Origin: Verrucomicrobiota bacterium
GTDB taxonomy: Bacteria; Verrucomicrobiota; Verrucomicrobiia; Limisphaerales; Palsa-1400
Assembly: GCA_049510745.1 (NCBI GenBank)
Contig: JBEKYR010000016.1
Location: 28,743 to 92,742, forward strand
DNA length: 64,000 nucleotides
Reading direction: 5' to 3'
The notes beneath the pieces are model-generated. The model was not told the DNA's origin. It worked only from the letters and a program-made list of their open reading frames with translations, and searched no databases. Position 1 is the first letter of the stretch. The number at the start of each line of letters is the position of its first letter. Below are positions 19,727 to 29,953 of the stretch, piece after piece. A program made the translations under genes and the position numbers.

Positions 19727-19841
19727 TCCAACTGCATCTTCGCGGAATATCTGTCGCAAAATGATGTGAATTTGGTGAAATGATTTTAACAATGCAATCA
19801 GGCGGTTTGACAAAAGGCCACGTTTGGGCCACATTGGGCAC

Positions 19842-20060
19842 ATGAGCGCAATTGCCAAAAGCCGTATTGACCCCGAACTGAAACGCCAGGCTGAAGCCGT
19901 CTTGGAAGAGATCGGACTGAAACCACGGGCCGCATTGGAACTTTTTTACAAACAGATCATCAAGCGCCGGGCAATCCCGTTCCCTGTTCAAGCAGACAGC
20001 CCGGAAGATGAGGTTTTAAGCCCTGCCACCCGCCGCAATACGCTGGCTGATGAGTTTTAG
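19842..20060 (+). CDS. RelB/DinJ family antitoxin
   Basis: SRIDPELKRQAEAVLEEIGL...A.ELFYKQI....AIPFPV ribbon-helix-helix pattern. Confidence 0.88.
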   Translation: MSAIAKSRIDPELKRQAEAVLEEIGLKPRAALELFYKQIIKRRAIPFPVQADSPEDEVLSPATRRNTLADEF

Positions 20061-20062
20061 GG

Positions 20063-20389
20063 ATGAGAACAGTCCCGCAACCTGGCGAAGTTTGGTTTAT
20101 TGACCTGGGCATGGTTGGCAAACCGCGTTATGCGCTCGTTCTGGCGGCTCAAACCGATGCCCGATTGGCACTGGCCAGCGTGGTTTTGATCACCACACAG
20201 TTTGAGGACACGCCTTACGAGGTGACATTGCCCCGCGTGCCGTGGTTGCGGGAGCAAAGCTACATCAACGTCCAGAGCATCCAGCCGGTGAAGTTCACCG
20301 AATTCGTCCGCAAAGCTCCCGGAAAATTTGAGGCTCGCGTGCTGGGCGAAGTGGAAGCGGCGCTCAAACGCTGGTTGAAGCTCGAATAA
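20063..20389 (+). CDS. PemK/MazF family toxin
   Basis: PQPGEVWFIDLG...KPRYALVL, ITT, INVQSIQ; 2 bp after the antitoxin. Confidence 0.85.
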   Translation: MRTVPQPGEVWFIDLGMVGKPRYALVLAAQTDARLALASVVLITTQFEDTPYEVTLPRVPWLREQSYINVQSIQPVKFTEFVRKAPGKFEARVLGEVEAALKRWLKLE

Positions 20390-20706
20390 CCCACCAAACC
20401 CTGCCGACCGACCCAAAAGTGTCAAATTTGAATTCCGATGCTGAGAGGCTTTTTGGAATCTCGGTTTAGATCTGGGACAGAAGCAGGTGGTTTTTCAGGA
20501 ATTTCATACAACGAGTGAGGGAATTCATTTGTCCCTCTGGATGTATTGAATATAACATACATTGTGCGAAACCGCTAACCGTTTCGCGCCGGGTGATTTA
20601 CCTCGGAAATGCGAATTGGTCGATGAATCCGGGAGATTGGGTTTTGGCCATCATCTTCGGAGATTCTTTGTGGACAAAAGAGGGATTTTATGTAGATTGA
20701 AAGTAT

Positions 20707-21177
20707 ATGGCAATGGATACCATCGCAAAGAGTCCGGAAATCCAGCATCGAATCGCTGAATTATCCGGCCAGATCACAGCCGTCCAAGAGGAACTGGAAA
20801 CCATCATTCGTGGCCCCAAGGGGCTGAAAGTGATTTTGTCCGAGCTGCACGACCCCGCCAGCGGGCGGGTGGATGCGCAAAAGGTTGCGGTTTATATGGG
20901 GGTGCCGCTCAAACGACTTGCCCAAGGTCTGCAACTCAATTACAAGGCTGTTCACCGGCATCCCTCGGCGGTTTCCTTTCAACCCTCTCTCAGACGGGTG
21001 AAGCGATGCCTGGAAATCCTCCAGGAATTCTTCCAAAAACCAGAGACCGTCCGAGCCTGGCTGAATACGCCGCATCCCGACCTCGACAGCAGCACCGCTC
21101 TGGAAGTGATTCTGGCCGGCAATCCCGAAGCCGTTCTGAGAATTCTGGAAAACGCGGCGGCTGGAGTGCCTGTCTGA
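20707..21177 (+). CDS. Xre/MbcA/ParS family antitoxin
   Basis: HTH-like middle region; C-terminal VRAWLNTPHPDL....LEVI..G..EAV. Confidence 0.85.
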   Translation: MAMDTIAKSPEIQHRIAELSGQITAVQEELETIIRGPKGLKVILSELHDPASGRVDAQKVAVYMGVPLKRLAQGLQLNYKAVHRHPSAVSFQPSLRRVKRCLEILQEFFQKPETVRAWLNTPHPDLDSSTALEVILAGNPEAVLRILENAAAGVPV

Positions 21178-21779
21178 TGCTCCCCGCCGCCAAACTTGCC
21201 GCCGCGCTTGGCGCCACAAAACTCACTTCCGCCCACGGACCATGGTCGCGGGCGGTGGGCTATCGCCATCTGCTCAGGCCGCCCCCCGGCCTGACCGGGC
21301 GGACGCAACCCTTGTGGGGCGGAGCGGCGAGACTCGCCGGCGCCCGCTTCACGCCCAAGGGCAGTTTTGACTCGATCTATCTTGCCAATGACCCAATCAC
21401 CGCCTTCATCGAAGTATCCGCATTATTGGTGCTGCCAGGCGGCCCTGTGCCTGTCCGCTCCACACCTTGGGTGGTGGTAAGTGTCGATGGGATTTTGAAC
21501 AACCTGCTTGACCTGACGGATGCCGCCACGTTGGCCGCGTTATCAACAACGGAGCAGGAAATGACCGGCACCTGGGTAAAGGCCCCTGCCCCTCCAACCC
21601 AAATGCTGGGCCAGGCAGCGTATGATTCATGCCGGATTACCGGCATTCTGTACCGATCAGCCAAGAACCCGGACGGATTAAACCTCGTGGCATTCCCCGA
21701 CCGAATCTCAATCTCGCCTGGAAATTATTTGGAGGTTTATGATCCGCACGGAAACCTGACTCAGCGAATCAGCACGTGA
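21177..21779 (+). CDS. RES domain toxin (putative NAD+ phosphorylase)
   Basis: GARFTP, IYLA...TAFIE (Glu), LLDLTD, GILYRSA (Ser), NLVAFP; TGATG overlap with the antitoxin. Confidence 0.88.
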   Translation: MLPAAKLAAALGATKLTSAHGPWSRAVGYRHLLRPPPGLTGRTQPLWGGAARLAGARFTPKGSFDSIYLANDPITAFIEVSALLVLPGGPVPVRSTPWVVVSVDGILNNLLDLTDAATLAALSTTEQEMTGTWVKAPAPPTQMLGQAAYDSCRITGILYRSAKNPDGLNLVAFPDRISISPGNYLEVYDPHGNLTQRIST

Positions 21780-21897
21780 CTGGACGTGCCTCATCCAACC
21801 TGTCCGGCGGATGATGCAATTTCCAGATTAACCTTTATATGGGGTGAACACCCCATAGCGGGGCGCGGCGTTTTTTTGGTAATTATCGCCGCATCGA

Positions 21898-22464
21898 GTG
21901 AAACGTATGACGACGATTGAGCTTCCGGAACGAACGGTTCTGTCGGAGGAGTTGGAAATTGCCCCGGCCAAATCGGGGTATGCGCTCAATGTTGTGGGGG
22001 TTTATCAGGACCCGGTGACCCAAAGCTGGGCCGTGCCAATGTGCCGCCTGGTGACGCAACTGGCTGAGGAGGAGCGGGTCCAAAACCGCTGGTACCACGT
22101 CACTTCCCTAGGCGATACCAGGATGCTTGTGGATGCCGTTCACGCCGCCCGCGTGGCCGATGTGATTGTGGTCTCGATCTATGCCGCGGATGAACTGCCG
22201 GTTGAGCTTTACGTCTGGTTTGACGCGTGGTTGCCACGCCGGGTCATGCGGATGGGCGCCCTGACCGCATTGATTGGCGTCGATGGACCGCTGGACCCTC
22301 AGGCTGTCCGCACGCATGAGTATCTGTCAGCCGTGGCGCGGAAGGCGCAATTGGATTTTATCCCGCAAGCGCGCAAGCGGCCCGCCGCATCCCCCGTTTC
22401 CGCCCCTGGACATGAACTGGCTTACTGCTGGCCCCAGCCGAAGCGGCTCGAAATGGGCCAGTAA
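21898..22464 (+). CDS. hypothetical protein
   Basis: 188-aa ORF with alpha/beta pattern (VVGVYQD, ADVIVVS, GALTALI); no family recognised. Confidence 0.6.
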   Translation: MKRMTTIELPERTVLSEELEIAPAKSGYALNVVGVYQDPVTQSWAVPMCRLVTQLAEEERVQNRWYHVTSLGDTRMLVDAVHAARVADVIVVSIYAADELPVELYVWFDAWLPRRVMRMGALTALIGVDGPLDPQAVRTHEYLSAVARKAQLDFIPQARKRPAASPVSAPGHELAYCWPQPKRLEMGQ

Positions 22465-23615
22465 ACGAAGAAGGACTTTCCAATGACGTTGCGCTGCGGC
22501 AACGCTCCCCAAAAGCGCGAGTCCAGGCTGTTGACCGTGTTGTCGCCGAAGACCACGTAGCCTTCCGGCGGCACTTCGTTGACGCGCGCGTGGATGGTGT
22601 CTTCGGGGCTTCGGATGGTGCTGCGCGAGTCAAGCACGTGGCCGCTGTAATGGCTGTCGCGCGGCACGGTGGCCGGGTCGAAGCCATAGACGTTCTCGAA
22701 ATGCGGCATGGAAGCGTCCAACCGCCGCCCGTTGACGCGCGCATGGCGGTCTTCGCCGATGCTGACGGCGTCGCCGGGCAGGCCGATGAGGCGTTTGATG
22801 TAAAACTGGTCCTGGTTCTGCAACCCGGCGATGCCCTTGGTTTTGAAAACGACGATTTCGCCGCGCTGAGGCTGGCGGAAATTATATGTGACGCGATCCA
22901 CAAACAGATGGTCGCCGGTGGTTTCCTCGAAGGAAACAATGGGTTCGCCCTTGCGGAAAGACGTTTGACGGTCAAAGCCCGCCCGGCGGTCGAGATTATC
23001 GTCCGGTCCGAGCCAGATGGTGAGCGGGACTTCGCTATCGCGGCCGGCGTATCGGACCCAGATGGTTTGCATGTTGAAGAAGCGCAGGAAATGGTCCAGC
23101 GGGCCGACGCGGACAACCTGTCCGTCTTCCGGGGCGATGACCTGGTGGTAAATGGTTCCGTCCACCATCGCGGCCCATACTCGGAGCAAGGGATTGGGCA
23201 TTTTGAAGCCGGGATCGAAGCGCAGGTCTTCGGTCGTCACGCCGTAAAGGGTGGGCTGCATCGAGCCTGTCGGAATCTTGAACGGTTGCAGGAGAAAGGT
23301 GCGAATGCCCATAGCCACGACGATGGCGACGAGGAACACTTCGACGTTTTCGCGCCATTCGGCGTTCGGGTAAGGCTTGATCCATTTGTTGGCGGTTTTC
23401 TCCAATTCCTCCATTTGCTTTTGCAGCGCCTGCCTGGGCGCGCCGGAGGCGAGGACCGCGCGGGTCTGGCGCAAGGCGGTTTCCAGCGCCTCGATGGCCT
23501 GGGGCGAAAGGATGTCCCGCTGCGCGTTGAGCAGCCGTTGGACGTGTTTGCGCATGTCGGAGGCGTGCCGGACGGAGGCGGAGAGAAACCAGCGGAAGAT
23601 CGAATTGAAGTTCAT
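22422..23615 (-). CDS. lepB: signal peptidase I (long form, downstream of lepA)
   Basis: FKIPTGSMQPTL, GDHLFVDR, YIKRLIGLPGD, GDNTVNSLDSRFWG; lepA-lepB synteny. Confidence 0.92.
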   Translation of the reverse strand: MNFNSIFRWFLSASVRHASDMRKHVQRLLNAQRDILSPQAIEALETALRQTRAVLASGAPRQALQKQMEELEKTANKWIKPYPNAEWRENVEVFLVAIVVAMGIRTFLLQPFKIPTGSMQPTLYGVTTEDLRFDPGFKMPNPLLRVWAAMVDGTIYHQVIAPEDGQVVRVGPLDHFLRFFNMQTIWVRYAGRDSEVPLTIWLGPDDNLDRRAGFDRQTSFRKGEPIVSFEETTGDHLFVDRVTYNFRQPQRGEIVVFKTKGIAGLQNQDQFYIKRLIGLPGDAVSIGEDRHARVNGRRLDASMPHFENVYGFDPATVPRDSHYSGHVLDSRSTIRSPEDTIHARVNEVPPEGYVVFGDNTVNSLDSRFWGALPQRNVIGKSFFVYWPISSRFGWGQQ

Positions 23616-23620
23616 AGGGG

Positions 23621-25411
23621 TCAGGCTTTGAGCACCTCGATAAAGGCTTCCTGGGGGATGTTGACCGAGCCGAAGGATTTCATCCGTTTTTTGCCTTCCT
23701 TTTGTTTTTCGAGCAATTTGCGTTTGCGGGTGATGTCGCCGCCGTAACACTTGGCGGTGACGTCCTTGCGGAGGGCGCTGACGGTTTCGCGGGCGATGAC
23801 CTTGCCGCCGATGGCGGCCTGGATGGCGACCTGGTATTGCTGGCGGGGAATGACCTCCTTGAGTTTGGCGGCCAGGGCGCGTCCCCTGCCCTCCGCCTTG
23901 GCCCGATGCACAATGCAGGAAAAGGCGTCCACCGACTCGCCGTTGACGAGCATGTCCAGCTTGACCATGTCCGCGGCCTGGTAGCCGGCGTGTTCGTAAT
24001 CCATCGAGCCGAAGCCGCGGGTGAGGCTTTTGATGCGGTCATGGAAGTCAATCAAAATTTCGCCCAGGGGCATGGTGCTGGTGAGCATGACGCGGCGGGG
24101 GTCGAGGGTTTCGGTGTGATCGACCACGCCGCGTTTCTCGGCGATCAGCGCCATCATGTCGCCGATGTATTCGTTGGGGCAGATGACGAGGGAAAAGACC
24201 ATCGGCTCCTCGATTTTTTCGATGTAATTCGGCTCGGGCAGGAAGGCCGGGTTGTCCACCTCCTTGACGGTGCCGTCGGTCATGACGACGCGGTAAACCA
24301 CGCTGGGATAGGTGGCGATGATGTCCATGTCGTATTCGCGCCGGAGCCGTTCCTGGACAATTTCCAGATGGAGCAACCCCAGGAAGCCGCAGCGGAAGCC
24401 GAAGCCCAGGGCGACGGAGCTTTCCGCCTGATAGACGAAGGCGGAATCGTTCAGTTGCAATTTGGCCAGGTTGGCTTTGAGGTGTTCGTAATCGGCGGTG
24501 TTGATGGGATAAAGGCCGCTGAAGACCATCGGATGAAGCTCCTTGAATCCCGGCAGCACCGGCGAAGGATTCTTGGAGTCGGTGATGGTGTCGCCCATTT
24601 TGACTTCTTTGGGGCTTTTGATATTGGCCGTCATGTAGCCGGTTTCGCCGGTCTCCAGTTTTTCGCGGACGTAGGGCTTGGGATTGAAGCTGCCGACTTC
24701 CTTGACTTCCACCGTCTTGCCCGAGTGGAGCAATTTGACGTGCATGCCGGGGCGCAATTCGCCGCTGAAGACGCGGACGTGGGTGACGACGCCCTTGTAG
24801 GTGTCAAAATAGGAATCAAACCCCAGGGCCTGGAGGGAGGGCGCGCCGGTCGGCACGGGCGCCGGGATGCGATGCACGATGGCTTCGAGGATGTCGTCGA
24901 TGCCGATGCCCTCCTTGGCGCTGGCCAGGATGGCGTTGTCGCCGGGAATGGCCAGGATGTCTTCCATCTGGGCTTTGGTCGCCGGGATGTCGGCGTGCGG
25001 GAGGTCGATCTTGTTGATGATGGGAATAATGGTGAGGTTTTGTTTGGTGGCCAGGTGAACGTTGGCCACGGTTTGCGCTTCAACGCCCTGGGCGGCGTCG
25101 ATAATGAGCAGCGCCCCTTCGCAGGCGCTCAAACTGCGCGAGACCTCATAGGAAAAATCGACGTGTCCGGGGGTGTCGATGAGGTTCAACTCGTAAGTCT
25201 CGCCGTTGCGGGCGGTGTAGCGCATGGTGACGGGATGGGCCTTGATGGTGATGCCGCGTTCGCGTTCGAGGTCCATGGAATCGAGCAATTGCTCCTCCAT
25301 ATCGCGGGTGGCGACGGTGCCGGTGCGGTGGAGGAGACGGTCCGAAAGGGTCGTCTTCCCATGGTCGATATGGGCGATAATGCTAAAATTTCTGATGTGC
25401 GCTGCGTCCAT
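23621..25411 (-). CDS. lepA: translation elongation factor 4
   Basis: AHIDHGKTTL, DTPGHVDF, NKID, GFRCGFLGLLH, KCYGGDITRKRKLLEKQKEGK. Confidence 0.98.
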   Translation of the reverse strand: MDAAHIRNFSIIAHIDHGKTTLSDRLLHRTGTVATRDMEEQLLDSMDLERERGITIKAHPVTMRYTARNGETYELNLIDTPGHVDFSYEVSRSLSACEGALLIIDAAQGVEAQTVANVHLATKQNLTIIPIINKIDLPHADIPATKAQMEDILAIPGDNAILASAKEGIGIDDILEAIVHRIPAPVPTGAPSLQALGFDSYFDTYKGVVTHVRVFSGELRPGMHVKLLHSGKTVEVKEVGSFNPKPYVREKLETGETGYMTANIKSPKEVKMGDTITDSKNPSPVLPGFKELHPMVFSGLYPINTADYEHLKANLAKLQLNDSAFVYQAESSVALGFGFRCGFLGLLHLEIVQERLRREYDMDIIATYPSVVYRVVMTDGTVKEVDNPAFLPEPNYIEKIEEPMVFSLVICPNEYIGDMMALIAEKRGVVDHTETLDPRRVMLTSTMPLGEILIDFHDRIKSLTRGFGSMDYEHAGYQAADMVKLDMLVNGESVDAFSCIVHRAKAEGRGRALAAKLKEVIPRQQYQVAIQAAIGGKVIARETVSALRKDVTAKCYGGDITRKRKLLEKQKEGKKRMKSFGSVNIPQEAFIEVLKA

Positions 25412-25609
25412 GAGCGAATCGCTATCCGGGCAGAATAGGGGCGAAGGGGGCGCGCGAAAAGGGAATTTTTGGGTTGGGGACGGACAAGGACGGGCGCGCT
25501 GGTGGAATGAGTGAAGTTTGAATCAGTGAATTGGTGAAGGAGCGATGGACGGGCAACCAAAAGAAGCGGCTCGCTCTTGACACCGTTTCGATTACGCTGT
25601 GCGGCGAAA

Positions 25610-27748
25610 ATGCGTAATTCAATTCTGTTGCTGTGTGGCTGTGCGGCGTTGCTGGCGGGTTGCCGCACGGTACCCCCTGCCCCACCGCCGGCGCCTCCGG
25701 CCAATTTCACCCTGGCGGAGTTTCAAAGCCAGGCCGCCCAATACAATTCCATCATCACCGTTCCCACTTTTGAGACAACGACCAACGCCATCGCCGATTC
25801 TGTCAAGACCACGATTTCCAACGCCGAGTCGGGCCTCGACGCGATTGGCCGCCTGAAGCCCCCCGAGGCGACCTTTCGCAACACCGTCCGCGCCCTGGAC
25901 GACATCGGGGCCTTGATCGGCGCGACGGAGAACCGCCTTACGGTCATCAAGGAAACCAGCCTGGACGCGGCGCTGCGCGACGCCGCCACGGACCAGTTGA
26001 AGATTGTTGAGGCGTGGGCCGTCGGCCTGGATTATCGGGAGGACGTTTACCGGGCGGTCAAGGCTTACGCGGACACGCATCCCGAACTGCAAGGGGAGAA
26101 CGCCAAGCTGCTCAAGGACACGATGCGCGATTATCGCCGGGCCGGACTGGAGCTGCCCGAAGCGCAACGCGACGAGGTCGAGGGCCTGCGCAAAAAGCTC
26201 TCCGCGCTGGCAACCGATTTCGAGCGCAACGTGACCAAGGCCGAGCGCCGCCTGTATTTCACCAAGGCGGAATTGGAGGGGGTGCCGGAGGATTTTCTCG
26301 ACCAAAAGGGCGTCAAGAACAGCGACGGCACTTACAGCGTCATGGCCAACATCACCTGGCATTATCTCACCGTGATGGAAAACGCCCGCAACGAGCAAAC
26401 GCGCTTGAAAATGGAAACGGCCCGCGAGAACCTGGCCAAGGACGACAACGTTCCCCTGCTACAGGAGATTCTGGCGACGCGGGACACCATTGCGAAACGG
26501 CTCGGCTACAAAAGCTGGGCCGATTACGCGATTGAAATCAAAATGGCGAAGACGGCCGCGCGCGCCCAGGAGTTCCTGGAAAAATTAAAGGCGGGGCTGC
26601 AACCGAAATTCGACGCGGAAACCGCCCAGTTTCGCGCGCTCAAAGCCAGGGAAACCGGCGATCCCAACGCGCAAATTCACCTGTGGGACTGGCGCTATTT
26701 CGCCAACCAACTCAAGAAGGAAAAGTACACGGTGGACGAGGACGCGCTCAAAGTTTATTTCCCCTACCAACAGTGCCTGGATGGAATGTTTGCCATTTAC
26801 CAGAGGATTTTCGGCCTGCACTACCAGCGCGTCACCCCGCCCTACAAGTGGGTGGAGGACCTCCAACTTTACGCCGTGTCCGACGCCGCGACGGGCGAGC
26901 CGCTGGGCCTGTTCTACCTCGACATGTTTCCGCGCGAAGGCAAATACAACCACTTCGCCGAATTCGGAATTATTGACGGCAACCTGCGGGAAGACGGAAT
27001 GTATCAGCGCCCGACGGTGGCGTTGATCTGCAATTTCCCCGCGCCGAAACCGGACCGGCCGTCGCTCCTCCAGCACGGGGACGTGGTCACGTTGTTCCAT
27101 GAGTTCGGCCACGCCATGCACGCCATTTTGACCCGCGCCAAGTACGCCCGCTTTTCCGGCACGAGCGTGCCCGGCGATTTCGTCGAGGCCCCGTCGCAAA
27201 TGCTGGAGAACTGGCCCTGGGACAAAAAGGTGCTGGACAGCTTCGCGGCGGATTACCGCGACCGGTCGAAAAAAATCCCGCCGGAAATCCTCGGCCAACT
27301 CAAGGCGGCCAAGCTCGCCATTGAAGGCACCTATTACCGCCGGCAACTGGCGTTTGGTTTGGCCGACATGGCGTTGCACACCCAAATCCATGCCGACAAC
27401 GCCGGCGAAACCGTTGCGTTAGCGAACAAAACCGCCGGCGAGACGTTTTTCCCCGAGCCGCCGGACACGGCGTGGGTCGCCTATTTCGGCCATCTGATGG
27501 GTTACGACGCGGGCTATTATGGATACGCCTGGGCCGACGCGATTGCGGCGGACATGGCGACGGTTTTCGAGAAGGCGCACGACGGATTTTTTGACGAACG
27601 GGCCGGAGGCCGATTGCGGCGGGAGATTTACGAGAGGGGCGATTCGCGCGACATTGAGATTTCGATTGAAAAATTCCTCGGCCGCAAGGAATCGGTCAAG
27701 CCGTTCCTGAAAAAGATCGGCATGAACCCCGAGGCCGCCGCCAAGTAG
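25610..27748 (+). CDS. M3A thimet oligopeptidase-like metallopeptidase (lipoprotein)
   Basis: Lipobox LAGC; FYLDMFPREGKY, FHEFGHAMH, DFVEAPSQMLENW, GYYGYAWA. Confidence 0.92.
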   Translation: MRNSILLLCGCAALLAGCRTVPPAPPPAPPANFTLAEFQSQAAQYNSIITVPTFETTTNAIADSVKTTISNAESGLDAIGRLKPPEATFRNTVRALDDIGALIGATENRLTVIKETSLDAALRDAATDQLKIVEAWAVGLDYREDVYRAVKAYADTHPELQGENAKLLKDTMRDYRRAGLELPEAQRDEVEGLRKKLSALATDFERNVTKAERRLYFTKAELEGVPEDFLDQKGVKNSDGTYSVMANITWHYLTVMENARNEQTRLKMETARENLAKDDNVPLLQEILATRDTIAKRLGYKSWADYAIEIKMAKTAARAQEFLEKLKAGLQPKFDAETAQFRALKARETGDPNAQIHLWDWRYFANQLKKEKYTVDEDALKVYFPYQQCLDGMFAIYQRIFGLHYQRVTPPYKWVEDLQLYAVSDAATGEPLGLFYLDMFPREGKYNHFAEFGIIDGNLREDGMYQRPTVALICNFPAPKPDRPSLLQHGDVVTLFHEFGHAMHAILTRAKYARFSGTSVPGDFVEAPSQMLENWPWDKKVLDSFAADYRDRSKKIPPEILGQLKAAKLAIEGTYYRRQLAFGLADMALHTQIHADNAGETVALANKTAGETFFPEPPDTAWVAYFGHLMGYDAGYYGYAWADAIAADMATVFEKAHDGFFDERAGGRLRREIYERGDSRDIEISIEKFLGRKESVKPFLKKIGMNPEAAAK

Positions 27749-27751
27749 TTG

Positions 27752-29593
27752 CTAAAGCAACTGCGCCAGCAAGCCACACAGACCGATGCCGAGGGCGGCC
27801 AGGGAATCACCGGCGATCAAGCCGCCGCCGACCAGCGAGGTCGCGCTCATGTCGGAGGGGGCATCTTGCGACGCCGGACCGGGGCGGCGGGCCTGGCGGA
27901 ATTGGCGGAGGCCCGCCAGGGACGAAGTGATAATGCCGCCGGTGGCAAACCAAATCGTCGGCGGCAAACTGACAAAGCCGCCGAAGGACGAGGCGTAGGG
28001 ACTGGGCATGACGATGGCGTCGAAAACGAAGTCCGCCACCCGGCCGGCCCTGGTTTCTTTGGCCAAGCGGCGGCAGCGCTTATTGTTCTTGACAAGTTTG
28101 CGGATGACCTCGGTGACGAATCCGCCGGCGATCCCCAATTCGAGCGCCTTGAGGACAAAGCTCCTGGGATGGGTCAATCCCTCCAACGCGCCGACGAGTT
28201 TAAAGGTCATGGCCGATTGCCATTTATCCAGGCCCGGCGCGTCGGGGTGGGCGAAGCTGTTGACCTGGAGGACCGGATAGGCCGAGAGGAACACCTTGGC
28301 CAGGAGGACCGAGAGAGCCGACCCCATGACAATGCCGATGACCTGATAACGGAACTGAATGACGCGATTGGTGCCCAGGCGCCAGCCGGTGGAGCGGTCC
28401 TGCTGCATATCGACCCCGACGTTGCAGGCCACCAGGAGGATGGCCCCGCACATCAGGCCAACGGTCGGATCCTTCAAGCCCAGCGCGGCCATCATCATGA
28501 CCGTCAGGACGAACGCGCTGGAGATGGGGTTCCAATCTGAAATGCCGTCGGAGATGCCGTTGACAAGAAGAAAGACAAACGACAGCCCGACCGCGAAGGC
28601 CACAAAACCGAGCGGCTGATGCAACAGACAGGTGGAGACAAGCATCACGCAAACGGCCCAGAATATGACCCATGCGATTAGAAGGCGGGTATTGATCTTT
28701 TTCCAATCTTCCTGCGGCTGGGCCGGCAGTTTTTCCTTGAGTCGCTTGATCGCCTGACAGGCAATGATGGCCATATCGAGCACGGCCGCGCCGAGGATGG
28801 TCCCCAAAGCAACGATGAAACCGATCTTCTTGAACTGGTCTTTCTCGCCAATCCAGCCGTTGGATCGAAGCCAGGGAGTCAACTCGTAACCGATGATCGC
28901 GACGACCAGACTGGGAACGGCAATGCGCGCGCCGACGACCAGCCCGGCCCCGACCGTCGAGGCGGAAAATTCGGTGAAGTCGAATCCCGCTCCCAGTTTC
29001 CGAAACAACTCCGGCGCGCCCAGCTTGCCCAATCCGGCCAAAATCCGGGGGAACGTTCCCCCCAACAAGCCCGCCAAGGCGCCGCCGCCCAGTTTGGCCA
29101 CCGACTGTTTGAGCAGGGCCTTGTCGGTCAGCGCCCGCAGGATATTGGCGACGGCGTAGCCGGACGGAAAGGCCAGTTGCATCCGATCGACCAGAATCGG
29201 CGTATAGAGCATCCCCACCCCGACGCCGAACATGCCGACGCAAGTAAAGAACAAAATCAATTCCCAGAGCGGCGGCTGCTTGAACCCCAGCCAGACCATC
29301 GCCTGGATGAGCACGGCCATGCCCGAGAGGTTGGCGACCGAGGCCGACATGCTTTGGATGTAATTGGCGCCATGTTTGCCCTCCGAGCCGTAACCGTAAG
29401 TGACGACGCTCCCCAAGATGCCCGCCAGGACCTGCCCGCAGACGAAGAAGCCGATGGAAAAATTCATGTAGGCCGCCGAGATCGCCCCCAGCGGCCCCAG
29501 GAGAAAGATGGCCACGCAACTGAGCAGGATATGGTAAGCGGGCGTGTTGATTTTGGGCAAAAACGTCCGCGGTTTGATTTTATTTTCTTCCAT
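27752..29593 (-). CDS. OPT/YSL family oligopeptide transporter
   Basis: Many TM helices; NYIQS, LAFPSGYAVA, DMQQDRSTGWRLG, GGGLIAGDSL. Confidence 0.85.
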   Translation of the reverse strand: MEENKIKPRTFLPKINTPAYHILLSCVAIFLLGPLGAISAAYMNFSIGFFVCGQVLAGILGSVVTYGYGSEGKHGANYIQSMSASVANLSGMAVLIQAMVWLGFKQPPLWELILFFTCVGMFGVGVGMLYTPILVDRMQLAFPSGYAVANILRALTDKALLKQSVAKLGGGALAGLLGGTFPRILAGLGKLGAPELFRKLGAGFDFTEFSASTVGAGLVVGARIAVPSLVVAIIGYELTPWLRSNGWIGEKDQFKKIGFIVALGTILGAAVLDMAIIACQAIKRLKEKLPAQPQEDWKKINTRLLIAWVIFWAVCVMLVSTCLLHQPLGFVAFAVGLSFVFLLVNGISDGISDWNPISSAFVLTVMMMAALGLKDPTVGLMCGAILLVACNVGVDMQQDRSTGWRLGTNRVIQFRYQVIGIVMGSALSVLLAKVFLSAYPVLQVNSFAHPDAPGLDKWQSAMTFKLVGALEGLTHPRSFVLKALELGIAGGFVTEVIRKLVKNNKRCRRLAKETRAGRVADFVFDAIVMPSPYASSFGGFVSLPPTIWFATGGIITSSLAGLRQFRQARRPGPASQDAPSDMSATSLVGGGLIAGDSLAALGIGLCGLLAQLL

Positions 29594-29953
29594 TTGCTTT
29601 TGTGCGTGCGCCCGGTTAATAGAGACTGCGAGTGAACGCGCGCCGCCGCGCGCGACCGGTTTGTGCATCCATCTGCGTTCCATGATAAGTCGATTCAGGG
29701 ATTTGCGGAAAGTGAAATTGGCGTTATTGGGTTTGATGACCCTTGGCGTGGAGCGTTGTTCGCAAGCCGTTCCGAACTTGGAGCCGCACACGGAGCCTGG
29801 TCATCGAGCCGCCTGCCTTCGGACGCGGGAAATAAACTCCGGTTGAATTTACGATTTACGAGGTTTTTGTCAGCCGCAGGACTTCTTTGAATTGACTTCC
29901 AAGCCTATGAATGCTTTTCTGGAAAACGACGACCGGAACAAGGCGTTTTTGCA

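Noticed and set aside
19727..22464. Prophage or integrative element at tRNA-Val (likewise at tRNA-Asn)
   Set aside because: No integrase, phage genes or convincing direct repeat of the tRNA 3' end within the window.
29700..29850. Riboswitch upstream of the OPT transporter
   Set aside because: Only an imperfect hairpin; no recognisable aptamer consensus on either strand.
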